Positions 16,959 through 25,386 of a stretch of DNA of 45,933 nt are shown piece after piece. The DNA is from Candidatus Spechtbacterales bacterium (GTDB lineage Bacteria > Patescibacteriota > Minisyncoccia > Spechtbacterales > 2-12-FULL-38-22). The position numbers and the translations under genes are program-made. Position 1 is the stretch's first letter, and every line of letters starts with the position of its first letter. Under the pieces are notes generated by a model. The model was not told the origin of the DNA and made no database searches. It worked only from the letters and a program-made list of their open reading frames with translations. The stretch covers positions 1 to 45,933 of the forward strand of contig JBBDZE010000008.1 in the NCBI GenBank assembly GCA_040900345.1. Reading direction: 5' to 3'.

Positions 16959-17242
16959 TGCTGGTATGATAGCACAGAATGGCTGAAAGATTCTTTCCCG
17001 TAGCCCGGAGGCCTGCTTGCCCTGTCTGCGTGCGATCACGCACAGGCAGGCGGTAGGCGGACAGGTTGCTCTTGGAAAAATTTGGTGTGCGCCCGGAGGC
17101 CCTAAAGGATTGCTGTTTGTTCCCAATCACTTCGTTCTTGGACAAACAGGGAAGATTCGCCTCTCGGCCTGCTGGCCTCGAAACCTTCGCCTCCTCTTCG
17201 GAGGCTGCGGCCCGCGGTTCGAACATTCATTTCGATTCACGC

Positions 17243-17283
17243 ATACAAACACGAGGACACGCAAGGCGCCCTCGTGTTTGTAT
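17243..17283 (-). terminator. 14-bp hairpin immediately 3' of tRNA-Arg(UCG)
   Basis: ATACAAACACGAGG ... CCTCGTGTTTGTAT begins 3 nt after the tRNA 3' end on the minus strand. Confidence 0.5.
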
Positions 17284-17286
17284 TTG

Positions 17287-17359
17287 TGCGCCCGGAGGGA
17301 CTCGAACCCCCAACCCCTTGGTCCGAAGCCAAGTACTCTATCCATTGAGCTACGGGCGC
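17287..17359 (-). tRNA. tRNA-Arg (anticodon UCG); CCA not encoded
   Basis: GCGCCCG TA GCTC AATGGATA GAGT A CTTGG CTTCGGA CCAAG GGGTT GGGGG TTCGAGT CCCTC CGGGCGC A. Confidence 0.85.
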
Positions 17360-17475
17360 TCTCCTTCGCTTTGATTATCATCAAAGCTACGGAAGAGCGA
17401 GCATTTCGAAAAATACGATGCTTGCCCTTCCGAAGCTCAAATGCCATTTGAGCGTAGGAGAGAGCTACGGGCGCA

Positions 17476-17550
17476 TGGTGCCCTCGACAGGAGTCGAACC
17501 CGTATTGCAAGCTCCGGAAGCTTGTGTTCTATCCATTGAACTACGAGGGC
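17476..17550 (-). tRNA. tRNA-Arg (anticodon CCG); CCA encoded
   Basis: GCCCTCG TA GTTC AATGGATA GAAC A CAAGC TTCCGGA GCTTG CAAT ACGGG TTCGACT CCTGT CGAGGGC A CCA. Confidence 0.85.
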
Positions 17551-17600
17551 GACGATTCCATTGGACAGACCAACTATACCACGGCCCGAAGGCATTTTCA

Positions 17601-19121
17601 ATGCTATACTCGTTGAAAATGGCCGCAAATTGGGCTATAATTGAGCCGTACCGTAAAGATTTCGTTGTGAAACTAGACATCCCAACTGAAGTACTCGAAA
17701 TTCTTAAAGCACTGCAAGGAGCCGGTTTTGACGCGTTCGTGGTGGGCGGGTCGGTGCGCGATTTACTTATGGGGAAAGAGCCCAAGGACTGGGACGTTGC
17801 CACTTCTGCCAAGCCGGAAGCGATTCAAGAACTGTTCCCCGACAGCTTCTACACAAATGAGTTTGGGACCGTGGGGGTCAAGACCGGGAGCGAGGACGAG
17901 CACCGTGCCATTGTGGAAATAACGACCTTCCGCACGGAAGAGAGCTATTCGGACAAACGCCATCCCGACAAGGTTTCCTTCACCACTTCGCTCGACGAGG
18001 ACCTCGCGCGCCGCGATTTCACGGTAAACGCCATGGCGCTGGCCGCCGATGGCAGTGTTCGCGACCCGTTTGAAGGACAGGCAGATCTTGAAAAGAAGGT
18101 GCTCCGGGCTGTCGGTACCGCCAACGAGCGTTTTAACGAAGACGCCTTGCGCCTCATGCGCGCCGTGCGATTTGCCACCGTGCTGGGGTTTGCTCTTGAA
18201 GAGCGCACGTACGAGGCGCTCAAGAAGAACGCCAGGCTCATTGATGCTATTGCCAACGAGCGCATCCGCGATGAGCTCATAAAGATTTTGGAAAGCGAGC
18301 GCGCCCATGAGGGAGTTGAGCTTCTGCGCGAGGCGGGGCTTTTAGAGCGCATTCTGCCCGAGGTGACCGCCGGGGTGGACGTGACCCAGAACAAGCATCA
18401 TATTTACTCGGTGTACGAGCATAACCTGCGCTCGCTGCAGTGGGCTGCTGAGAATGATTATGCGCTTGTCGTGCGCATTGCCGCCTTGTTACACGATGTG
18501 GGTAAGCCCCAAACCAAACGGGGAGAAGGACCCAGCGCGACGTTTTACGGGCACGATGTCGTGGGCGCGCGTATTGCCAGGAAGGCGTTGGAACGCCTGC
18601 ATTTTCCGCGTGAAACCGTGGAAAAGGTGGCGATGCTTATCCGCTACCACATGTTCTATTATGATATTGGCGAGGTAACCGAGCGCTCGGTGCGCCGGCT
18701 CTTGGCCAACGTGGGTAAGGAGAATATGGACGACCTTGTCAAAGTGCGCATTTGCGATAGAATGGGCTCCGGCGTTCCCAAGCCCGAGCCATACCGTTTG
18801 CGTCACTTCCAATATATGGTGGAGAAGGTGCAGAACGATCCCATTTCGGTCGGCATGCTCAAGGTGCGGGGCGATGACATTATGGCCGAATTGGACATTG
18901 AGCCAGGACCGAAGGTAGGGCAAGTTCTGGCCGTTCTGCTTGAAGACGTGTTGGACGAGCCTGAGCGCAACACGAAGGAATATTTGCTGAAGCGGGCAGA
19001 CGAGCTGGGCAAACTGTCCGACAAAGAGCTAGCCGCCATGCGTCAGGAGGCCAAAAAGAAACAGCAAGAGGTAGAGGAGCGTGAGCAAGGGAAAATCAAA
19101 AAGCGTTACTACGTAGAGTAA
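17601..19121 (+). CDS. cca: CCA-adding tRNA nucleotidyltransferase (class II PolyA-pol head plus HD domain)
   Basis: GGSVRDLLMGKEPKDWDVATSA, RDFTVNAMA, HDVGKP (HD domain). The start is trimmed from 17418 because that extension overlaps tRNA-Arg(CCG). ATG at 17601 or 17619. Confidence 0.85.
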   Translation: MLYSLKMAANWAIIEPYRKDFVVKLDIPTEVLEILKALQGAGFDAFVVGGSVRDLLMGKEPKDWDVATSAKPEAIQELFPDSFYTNEFGTVGVKTGSEDEHRAIVEITTFRTEESYSDKRHPDKVSFTTSLDEDLARRDFTVNAMALAADGSVRDPFEGQADLEKKVLRAVGTANERFNEDALRLMRAVRFATVLGFALEERTYEALKKNARLIDAIANERIRDELIKILESERAHEGVELLREAGLLERILPEVTAGVDVTQNKHHIYSVYEHNLRSLQWAAENDYALVVRIAALLHDVGKPQTKRGEGPSATFYGHDVVGARIARKALERLHFPRETVEKVAMLIRYHMFYYDIGEVTERSVRRLLANVGKENMDDLVKVRICDRMGSGVPKPEPYRLRHFQYMVEKVQNDPISVGMLKVRGDDIMAELDIEPGPKVGQVLAVLLEDVLDEPERNTKEYLLKRADELGKLSDKELAAMRQEAKKKQQEVEEREQGKIKKRYYVE

Positions 19122-19124
19122 GTT

Positions 19125-19198
19125 CGGGCTGTCGTATAGTGGTATTATGCACGATTCGGGTTCGTGCGATCCGGGTTCGATTCCCGGCAGCCCGACCA
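19125..19198 (+). tRNA. tRNA-Pro (anticodon CGG); CCA encoded
   Basis: Acceptor CGGGCTG/CAGCCCG, anticodon arm CACGA TTCGGGT TCGTG, T-arm CCGGG TTCGATT CCCGG, then A CCA. The D-arm is weak (one U-U) and the variable loop is 4 nt. Confidence 0.75.
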
Positions 19199-19303
19199 AG
19201 CGAAGGCGCGGGAGGTACTGAGCAGAGCGCTGCGAATGTGCCGACACTTCGACTCGCTTGTGCTCGTTTACCGTGAGCGTAGTCGAACGGCTCAGCGTGA
19301 ACC

Positions 19304-19612
19304 ATGAGAGGATTTCTAGATTTTATTCGAGAGCAAGGAGTTGTCGGCTTAGCCGTCGGGTTTGTGTTGGGCGGGTCGGTTTCCGGGGTGGTCAACTCGC
19401 TCGTGAGCAACATTATCAATCCGCTTGTGGGTATAGTTTTGCCCAATGCCGAAAGCCTGCAAGGAGCGTCGCTCCAGGTGAAGGGTTCAACGGTTGGCTG
19501 GGGCGCGTTCGTCAGTGTTTTAATCGACTTTCTAATCATTGCCCTGGTGGTGTATGCGGCAGTGAAGCTGCTGCGCGTAGAGAAATTAGACAAGAAGAAA
19601 GAGAAGAAGTAG
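19304..19612 (+). CDS. mscL: Large-conductance mechanosensitive channel
   Basis: MRGFLDFIREQGVVGLAVGFVLGGSVSGVVNSLVSNIINPLVG...GAFVSVLIDFLIIALVVY. Confidence 0.9.
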   Translation: MRGFLDFIREQGVVGLAVGFVLGGSVSGVVNSLVSNIINPLVGIVLPNAESLQGASLQVKGSTVGWGAFVSVLIDFLIIALVVYAAVKLLRVEKLDKKKEKK

Positions 19613-19664
19613 TTAAGGTACCCGGCTTCTCCTAGGGAGGGCGCCGGATGACGTTACTGCAGCC

Positions 19665-19682
19665 CTGCCTACCGGCAGGCAG
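19665..19682. repeat. Second copy of the CTGCCTACCGG(C/T)AGGCAG palindrome
   Basis: See the feature at 8782-8799. This copy lies between mscL and efp. Confidence 0.55.
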
Positions 19683-19735
19683 GCAATCGGGCTGCGTTCA
19701 TAAAATTCACTTGCCCTCTCGGGCAGTAAAGACAT

Positions 19736-20311
19736 ATGCCGGCAGCGAACGAAGTTTCAAAAGACGATATCGTGATGCTCAATGGCGCCCCGCATAAGGT
19801 GTTGGAGCTGCAGCATCGCAAAATGGCGCGCCAAGGGGCTACGGTGGCTATGAAGTTCAAGAATCTCACGAGCGGCTCTACCGTCACGCGCAGTTTTAAT
19901 GCATCGGAGCGTCTGGAAGATGCCGACGTAGAAAAGCGCCCGTTTCTGTTCTTGTATGAACATCGTGGCGAGTACTGTTTCGTGCCGTCGCACAATCGCA
20001 GCCAGCGGGTTTTGCTTTCGCGCGAGGATATCGGCGAAGAGAAGGCCAAGTTTCTCAAGCCAAACACCGAAGTTATCGCGGAGGTCTTTGATGAGAAAAT
20101 CCTCGCCATTGAGCTGCCTATTAAGGTAGAATACGAGGTGCGAGAAGCTCCGCCGAGCATTAAGGGCGATACGGCCGCCGGCGGCACCAAGCAAGTCAAG
20201 CTGGAGACGGGAGCGGTCATTGCTACCCCGTTGTTCATTAACGCCGGCGACGTGGTGCGCGTAAATACCGTTAAAGGCGAGTACGTAGAGCGGGTGGAGA
20301 AGGGGAAGTAG
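19736..20311 (+). CDS. efp: Translation elongation factor P
   Basis: KDDIVMLNGAPHKVLELQHRKMARQGATVAMKFKNLTSGS... and the three-domain length are typical of EF-P. Confidence 0.95.
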   Translation: MPAANEVSKDDIVMLNGAPHKVLELQHRKMARQGATVAMKFKNLTSGSTVTRSFNASERLEDADVEKRPFLFLYEHRGEYCFVPSHNRSQRVLLSREDIGEEKAKFLKPNTEVIAEVFDEKILAIELPIKVEYEVREAPPSIKGDTAAGGTKQVKLETGAVIATPLFINAGDVVRVNTVKGEYVERVEKGK

Positions 20312-20393
20312 TCCGCCCGCGGGCCGGGGTCCTGGCCGGGGGCCTCGGCGCGACTTCCGTTCTCCGCCAGCCGGCGGACCACACAATTTTCGC

Positions 20394-20467
20394 GGGCGCT
20401 TAGCTCAGTTGGTTAGAGCGCAGCATTCACATTGCTGAGGTCACAGGTTCGAATCCTGTAGCGCCCA
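20394..20467 (+). tRNA. tRNA-Val (anticodon CAC); CCA not encoded
   Basis: GGGCGCT TA GCTC AGTTGGTTA GAGC G CAGCA TTCACAT TGCTG AGGTC ACAGG TTCGAAT CCTGT AGCGCCC A. Confidence 0.85.
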
Positions 20468-20545
20468 CTACTTCGCTCCGCTTGTGCGGAGCTTCGAAGT
20501 GCGCAGCACAAGATGGCTGTGCCCTCCGTAGCCTTGGCGAAGGAG

Positions 20546-20621
20546 GGGCCTGTAGTTCACCTGGTAGAACACCGCATTCGCATTGCGGAGGTAGGCGGTT
20601 CGAGTCCGCCCAGGTCCACCA
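20546..20621 (+). tRNA. tRNA-Ala (anticodon CGC); CCA encoded
   Basis: GGGCCTG TA GTTC ACCTGGTA GAAC A CCGCA TTCGCAT TGCGG AGGTA GGCGG TTCGAGT CCGCC CAGGTCC A CCA. The G3:U70 Ala identity pair is present. Confidence 0.85.
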
Positions 20622-20675
20622 TTTTTCAAAACGAGCAAGATAACGCCCGTCACTATCGAAGCAATACGCGCCTTC

Positions 20676-21791
20676 ATGCTTATAACCGGCTGGCCCACCC
20701 TTTTTGTGGTGAGCGTTTTTCTTGTGGCAAAGTCGTTGCGGTTTTACCGAATGGCGGGCGGGAAAGTATGGGGCAAGCTGGTGCTCATCATGGTGCTGGG
20801 TTGGATGCTCAGCATGTACAGCCTGGGAATCCTCGCCACGATATACATGCTGGATGATGTACGCGCAATAGGGGTTGTTCTGCCGTTCTTTGTTATTTGG
20901 GTGGTCATGCTCGCGCTCATGTCCTGGACGATCCGTCGGTGGGGACGAGAGGCGCTCGTCCTGGCCGGGGCATACGGGGTGATGGAGAAAGCGGTCCGGG
21001 AGCGGACGCGCGAATTGAACAAAACAACCCAGGCACTCATAAAGCGCGACGAGGAACTGATCGCGGCCAACCAACGACTTCGTCAGCTGGATGAGCTCAA
21101 ATCGCAGTTCGTTGCGGTTGCAGCCCACCAGTTGCGCACCCCCCTTACGGAAATTCGATGGACCTTCAATGCGCTCGTTCATGAGGAGAAGGGTACGCTC
21201 AATGCCGAGCAAAAAAAGATAACGAGCCAAGCGCACCGTTCGACTCTTTACCTGATTGACCTGGTGAGCAACCTTCTAGATGTGTCGCGCATGGAGGAGG
21301 GGATGTTCGGGTTTGTGAAAAAAGAACAGCTGCTGGTACCGGTTGTTGAAAAAGTGTGTGCGTCCTTTGCGAGAGCTGCGGAGCGTAAAAAAATACATTT
21401 TGAAACGAATTTTTCCGCAGGGGTGGATGCTACATGTGCGTTTGACGCAGACAAGATGGCGATTGCAATTAGCAATGTAGTGGATAATGCTATTAAATAT
21501 ACTCCCGAAGGTGGGTCGGTAACGGTCTCGGTGGGTAAAGAGAATGATCGCGCGACTATTACCGTGGCCGATACGGGAATTGGCCTGCCAGCCCAGCAGG
21601 CTCCACAGCTTTTTTCTAAATTTTTTCGCGCAAAAAACGCGCAGCGCTATCAAACAAGTGGAACGGGCCTTGGCTTGTATTTAACGAAGAATATTATAGA
21701 ACATCACGGGGGAACCATAACGTTCACCTCTCAAGAAAACAAAGGAAGCACGTTCACTATTTCACTGCCGTTAGTCCACGTTAAGCAATAG
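20676..21791 (+). CDS. Membrane sensor histidine kinase (HisKA plus HATPase_c); no response regulator in the window
   Basis: N-terminal TM helices, H-box ELKSQFVAVAAHQLRTPLT, N-box VVDNAIKYTPEGG, G1 DTGIGL, G2 GTGLGLYL. Confidence 0.85.
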   Translation: MLITGWPTLFVVSVFLVAKSLRFYRMAGGKVWGKLVLIMVLGWMLSMYSLGILATIYMLDDVRAIGVVLPFFVIWVVMLALMSWTIRRWGREALVLAGAYGVMEKAVRERTRELNKTTQALIKRDEELIAANQRLRQLDELKSQFVAVAAHQLRTPLTEIRWTFNALVHEEKGTLNAEQKKITSQAHRSTLYLIDLVSNLLDVSRMEEGMFGFVKKEQLLVPVVEKVCASFARAAERKKIHFETNFSAGVDATCAFDADKMAIAISNVVDNAIKYTPEGGSVTVSVGKENDRATITVADTGIGLPAQQAPQLFSKFFRAKNAQRYQTSGTGLGLYLTKNIIEHHGGTITFTSQENKGSTFTISLPLVHVKQ

Positions 21792-21866
21792 GCGGCGCGA
21801 TATGCGCCCAAGCATCTTTTCAAGTCCTCACATATCGTCGCGAAGAGCAAAGGGGCTGTTCTCTAA

Positions 21867-22522
21867 TCAATACCTTTGCATCACTTCGAGGGGTGTGTGG
21901 TAGTTGAGCCCCATGTGCGGCCTCTCCTCGTTGTAGTAGGGCAGGTACTCCTTCAGTGCCTGCTGCAGTGCCCCCGGTGTTCGTGGCCGCACGCTCGCCA
22001 GGCACTCCTCCTGCACCGTCCGGATGAACCGCTCCACGTAGGCGTTGTCGGTGGGTGTGCGTACCCGGGGGTATGCCGATGCGTGATACCCCGTGCCGTA
22101 CACTGCGTGGTGAACCACTTGGAAAATTCACTCCCGTGGTCAGTCTGCAGCGTTGCAAACCCAAAGGGAGCATCTGCCTGCGCCCGCGCAACCACCTCGG
22201 CACTGGCCCGGCTGTTCACCCGCCGCACCGCCGAGGCGTACGCCCACCGGGAGTAGACGTCGATGAGCGCGTAGGCAGACAGACGGTCATCCCCGGGCGG
22301 GCCATCGAGCATGGCATCGAGCTCCACCAACGCTCCGGGCCGCTGTACCAAGGGCTTGGAAGGATACTGATGCCACTTCTTCCAGCGGGAATACTTGCTG
22401 CAGCCGGCACGCTTGAGGACCCTCTTCACACTCGACAAACTCACCACAACCCCTTCCTGATGAAGCCGCCAGTGGAGCTTCTGAGCTGCTTCCTCGTGTT
22501 CCAGACGAAAAGGAGTGTCTCA
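21867..22522 (-). pseudogene. Decayed IS481/IS3-type DDE (rve) transposase: N-terminally truncated and frameshifted
   Basis: The frame of 21953..22447 gives ...LVELDAM...LIDVYSRW...LQTDHGSEF...ARGITHRH. The C-terminus continues in another frame (21867..22118): RVRTPTDNAYVERFIRTVQEECL...YNEERPHMGLNYHTPLEV. The shift falls at a CCCCCGGG run near 22070-22080. An in-frame TGA at 22523-22525 removes the HTH region. Confidence 0.75.
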
Positions 22523-22629
22523 CAGCAATACCTTTTGTGAGCGCGTGCAAAAACGTGAGAGAGGGAGAGCAGGAAAGATCGAACGCGCGCATGTTTTGGG
22601 GCCTATTCCTGTGATATGATGGGCTTCAT

Positions 22630-24294
22630 ATGTCTCGGAAGACAGAAGTTGAAAGGAATGAGGGCGACGACACCATTGCGGAGGAGTGGGGTTGGAAGCT
22701 GGGCATTACGGAGAAGAAAGCATTTGCAGGGGTAGTATGGATGCTCCCGCTCGCCTCGGGTTTTTTGCTCGCCCTTCTCTACTACGCAGCAGCCCCTGCC
22801 ATACTGCTCTTTGTAGCACTCGTACCCCTCTTCCTTTTTTTGGATCGGTGCCGCACGTGGGAAAGTCCCCTTTGGGGAGGATTTTTAGCGGCCTGCCCCT
22901 TTTACCTTGCCAACCTTCTTTTTCTTCTTGAGGTGCGATGGTTTGGGTTTCTCAGCTCGGAAGCGCTTTTCATGCAGGCGCTGTACGGAGTTGCGGCGAT
23001 AGCAGGAGGACTACTGGGCGCCCTTTTTGCGCTCACAGCCTATTTCTTGTGGCGGCGGCATTGGACGATGCTATTTGTTATTCCTGCCTTGTGGATTCTT
23101 TTTCAAGAGGTCTTGGTGCGGTGGGTGCAGTTTGATTTGACCTGGAGCTATTTAGGGTATCTTACCGAAACGATTACTCCCGTGCGACAGCTTGCGGCGC
23201 TCTCGGGTGTTGTGGGACTCGACTTTTTAATTATATGGGGCAACATTGCCGTTGTACTGACAATCCTGGCTTTTCAATCTGATCGGCAAAGGGTAACGCA
23301 CTTCTTCACTAAAATTGCGCCAGTAATCGTGCTTACGCTCGCGGGTGCAGGACTGCTATTTTGGAGCTATTCGAGGAGCGCGGCAGGGCTACGAGAGGGA
23401 GAGGCGATCACCGTCACCGTGATGAATACCGAACACGGGGCGCCGGTAAAGAGCTTCTATGACGAACCTTATCAAGGGTTGTTGAAAGAGGCTCTCGGCG
23501 AGAGCCCTGACATTATTCTCTTTCCCGAAAGCATCTTTGAAGTGCAGCATGGTGATTCCGAAACCTCCCCGGAGGCCCTGAGCAGGCAGTTAAGCGATAT
23601 TGCAGGAAATGACTTTGACGGCGCCATCCTTTTTGGCGGCTACCGCTCGGAGCTTGACGGAACGCTCTATAACTCTTTCTTTTTGTGGGAGGGCGGGTCT
23701 ATAACGGATATATATGATAAGCGCTATCTCGTTCCTTTTGCGGAGTATCGGCCGCGCTACCTTGAGCGTTTTTCCCCCCAGACCATTACCATGTATACGC
23801 CGGGCTCAAATGAAAGAGTGCTGCAGGGCGCAAGCTCACCTCCCATGGGAGTGACCATCTGTCAGGAAGTCATTTACCCAGAATCAAGCAGGGAAGCCGT
23901 GCGGCAGGGTGCCGAACTGCTCGTAAGCGGCGCGAACGATGGCTTTGTGGACCAGGTTGCGCTTTTACAAAAAGTTGCTCCTACGGACGTTCCGTGGCTC
24001 TATCTTCTCGAACATAGAATTGCGCGGTTTCGTGCCATAGAAGGAGGAAGATATCTCGTGCGCTCTACCAAGATAGGAACGGCTAGCATCATCGCTCCCG
24101 ACGGGAGCGATGTAGTCCGACTTACCTCGGGGGAAAGCTCGTTGGAAACGAGGGATGTTATATTGCGGGAGGGGTTTACGCCTTTCGTACGCTTTGGGTC
24201 CGCTCCCCTTATGGTTTTTTCAACCGTGATTGTTGGCTTTGCATTATCACGAGAGGGCAAGAGCCGCATGCGGCTTTGGTCTCAAAAAAAATAA
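22630..24294 (+). CDS. lnt: Apolipoprotein N-acyltransferase
   Basis: Polytopic N-terminal half plus a CN-hydrolase domain with the Glu/Lys/Cys triad contexts ILFPES, YDKRYLVPFAEY and VTICQEVIYPE. Confidence 0.8.
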   Translation: MSRKTEVERNEGDDTIAEEWGWKLGITEKKAFAGVVWMLPLASGFLLALLYYAAAPAILLFVALVPLFLFLDRCRTWESPLWGGFLAACPFYLANLLFLLEVRWFGFLSSEALFMQALYGVAAIAGGLLGALFALTAYFLWRRHWTMLFVIPALWILFQEVLVRWVQFDLTWSYLGYLTETITPVRQLAALSGVVGLDFLIIWGNIAVVLTILAFQSDRQRVTHFFTKIAPVIVLTLAGAGLLFWSYSRSAAGLREGEAITVTVMNTEHGAPVKSFYDEPYQGLLKEALGESPDIILFPESIFEVQHGDSETSPEALSRQLSDIAGNDFDGAILFGGYRSELDGTLYNSFFLWEGGSITDIYDKRYLVPFAEYRPRYLERFSPQTITMYTPGSNERVLQGASSPPMGVTICQEVIYPESSREAVRQGAELLVSGANDGFVDQVALLQKVAPTDVPWLYLLEHRIARFRAIEGGRYLVRSTKIGTASIIAPDGSDVVRLTSGESSLETRDVILREGFTPFVRFGSAPLMVFSTVIVGFALSREGKSRMRLWSQKK

Positions 24295-24311
24295 GAAGAT
24301 TTCGGTAGCGT

Positions 24312-25379
24312 ATGCATACTCCTTTTGGGCGCATACAATTTAGTACCAAGAGTGCAGCTATTACGCTGTGTAGTGAGGTGTTGCTCGTAGGAGTGCTTTT
24401 GGGGGTGCTTATCGGGATGAATAATGCGGGCGGGGGTATGCATGAGGGTGATCAAAAAAGCGGACAGTACGGTACTATTCACGCGTCGAAAATGACGATC
24501 GAAGCGGAAAGAATACCCTTGCTGACTCCACACGAGCACGTAGTGGGGGACTCTCTGTATAACCCCTCGCATCACCAACTTGTTTCTTCCGACGTGATCG
24601 TGGTGCCAGAAGATATATGGGTTACGGGGGTATCATTTTCGCTTACCAATGCGGATGCTGCCACGTTGCATCATGCTATCCTGCATCGCCTGGATCGTTC
24701 TGATCCAGTATGCCCAAACTACGCAGCCGCAAGCGTTTTTGTATTCGGCGCTGATGGGGCCCTCCGTCAGATATCCTTCACCGATCCGTATGCGCTTTTT
24801 TTGCCCAAAGACACACCACTCCTTCTACAGGTAATGTTGCACAACCCCTTGCCGCCGTACGGGCCAGGAAAGGAGTATACCAATGTGCGTCCGATGATGA
24901 CGCTTGACGTCGAGCCGGCTACGGAAGCCAACAATAAGGTACCAGTTGAAAGCTATCGTCTGCACGTAAGTGATACGCCCTGTAACGTAACGTCTGCAAG
25001 CGGCGAGGTATTTTCGGTTCCGCCCCGCACGGAGCATTTTATAAAAAAGGGTGAAGAAGTGAACGGCATGAACTCTGCGAAGGTCGTTTTCCCCGCGGAC
25101 GGCACCATTATCGGAATGGGGGCGCACCTCCATGCATGGGAAGGCGGAGAGCAGGTGGACGTCTCTGTAAATGGTAACCTCCTCGAAACACTTGCATCGG
25201 AAAAAATGAGCGATGCTCCTTGGTCGTGGAAGACTGCTTATCGATACCCGGCAACGATACCGGTGAGGAAAGGGGATGTGCTATCACTCACGGCTACCTA
25301 TTCCAATCCGGGGCCACTATCTATTGAGGGGGCGATGGGCATGCTCAGCGTTTTCTTTGCAGCCCGCAGCACCCCCTAA
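24312..25379 (+). CDS. Signal-anchored protein with a PHM/DBH-type (copper type II ascorbate-dependent monooxygenase-like) ligand pattern, paralog 1
   Basis: TM anchor VLLVGVLLGVLIGM, then ordered motifs LHHAILH ... LQVMLHNP ... GAHLHAWEGGE ... EGAMGMLSVFF. My residue counts between them are 56, 95 and 68. This parallels PHM CuH His107/His108/His172 and CuM His242/His244/Met314. No profile search was run. Confidence 0.55.
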   Translation: MHTPFGRIQFSTKSAAITLCSEVLLVGVLLGVLIGMNNAGGGMHEGDQKSGQYGTIHASKMTIEAERIPLLTPHEHVVGDSLYNPSHHQLVSSDVIVVPEDIWVTGVSFSLTNADAATLHHAILHRLDRSDPVCPNYAAASVFVFGADGALRQISFTDPYALFLPKDTPLLLQVMLHNPLPPYGPGKEYTNVRPMMTLDVEPATEANNKVPVESYRLHVSDTPCNVTSASGEVFSVPPRTEHFIKKGEEVNGMNSAKVVFPADGTIIGMGAHLHAWEGGEQVDVSVNGNLLETLASEKMSDAPWSWKTAYRYPATIPVRKGDVLSLTATYSNPGPLSIEGAMGMLSVFFAARSTP

Positions 25380-25386
25380 CGCGACA

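Noticed and set aside
16959-17126. Upstream extension of the pilin-like ORF
   Set aside because: The internal MKYISLF... gives a canonical signal peptide, while the extension is Pro/Arg/Cys-rich and looks non-coding.
17418-17600. Upstream extension of the cca ORF
   Set aside because: It overlaps the antisense tRNA-Arg(CCG) gene (17476-17550). The conserved nucleotidyltransferase head begins well downstream of the ATG at 17601.
19669-21236. Long minus-strand ORFs 19669..20382, 19757..20386 and 20427..21236
   Set aside because: They are antisense to efp, two tRNA genes and the histidine kinase, all of which have unambiguous motifs. Their translations are Arg/Pro/Gly-rich.
25276-25386. Upstream extension of the second PHM-like gene, overlapping the first by about 100 nt
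   Set aside because: An ATG at 25387, directly after the upstream stop, gives a normal signal anchor. The overlap frame has poor composition.
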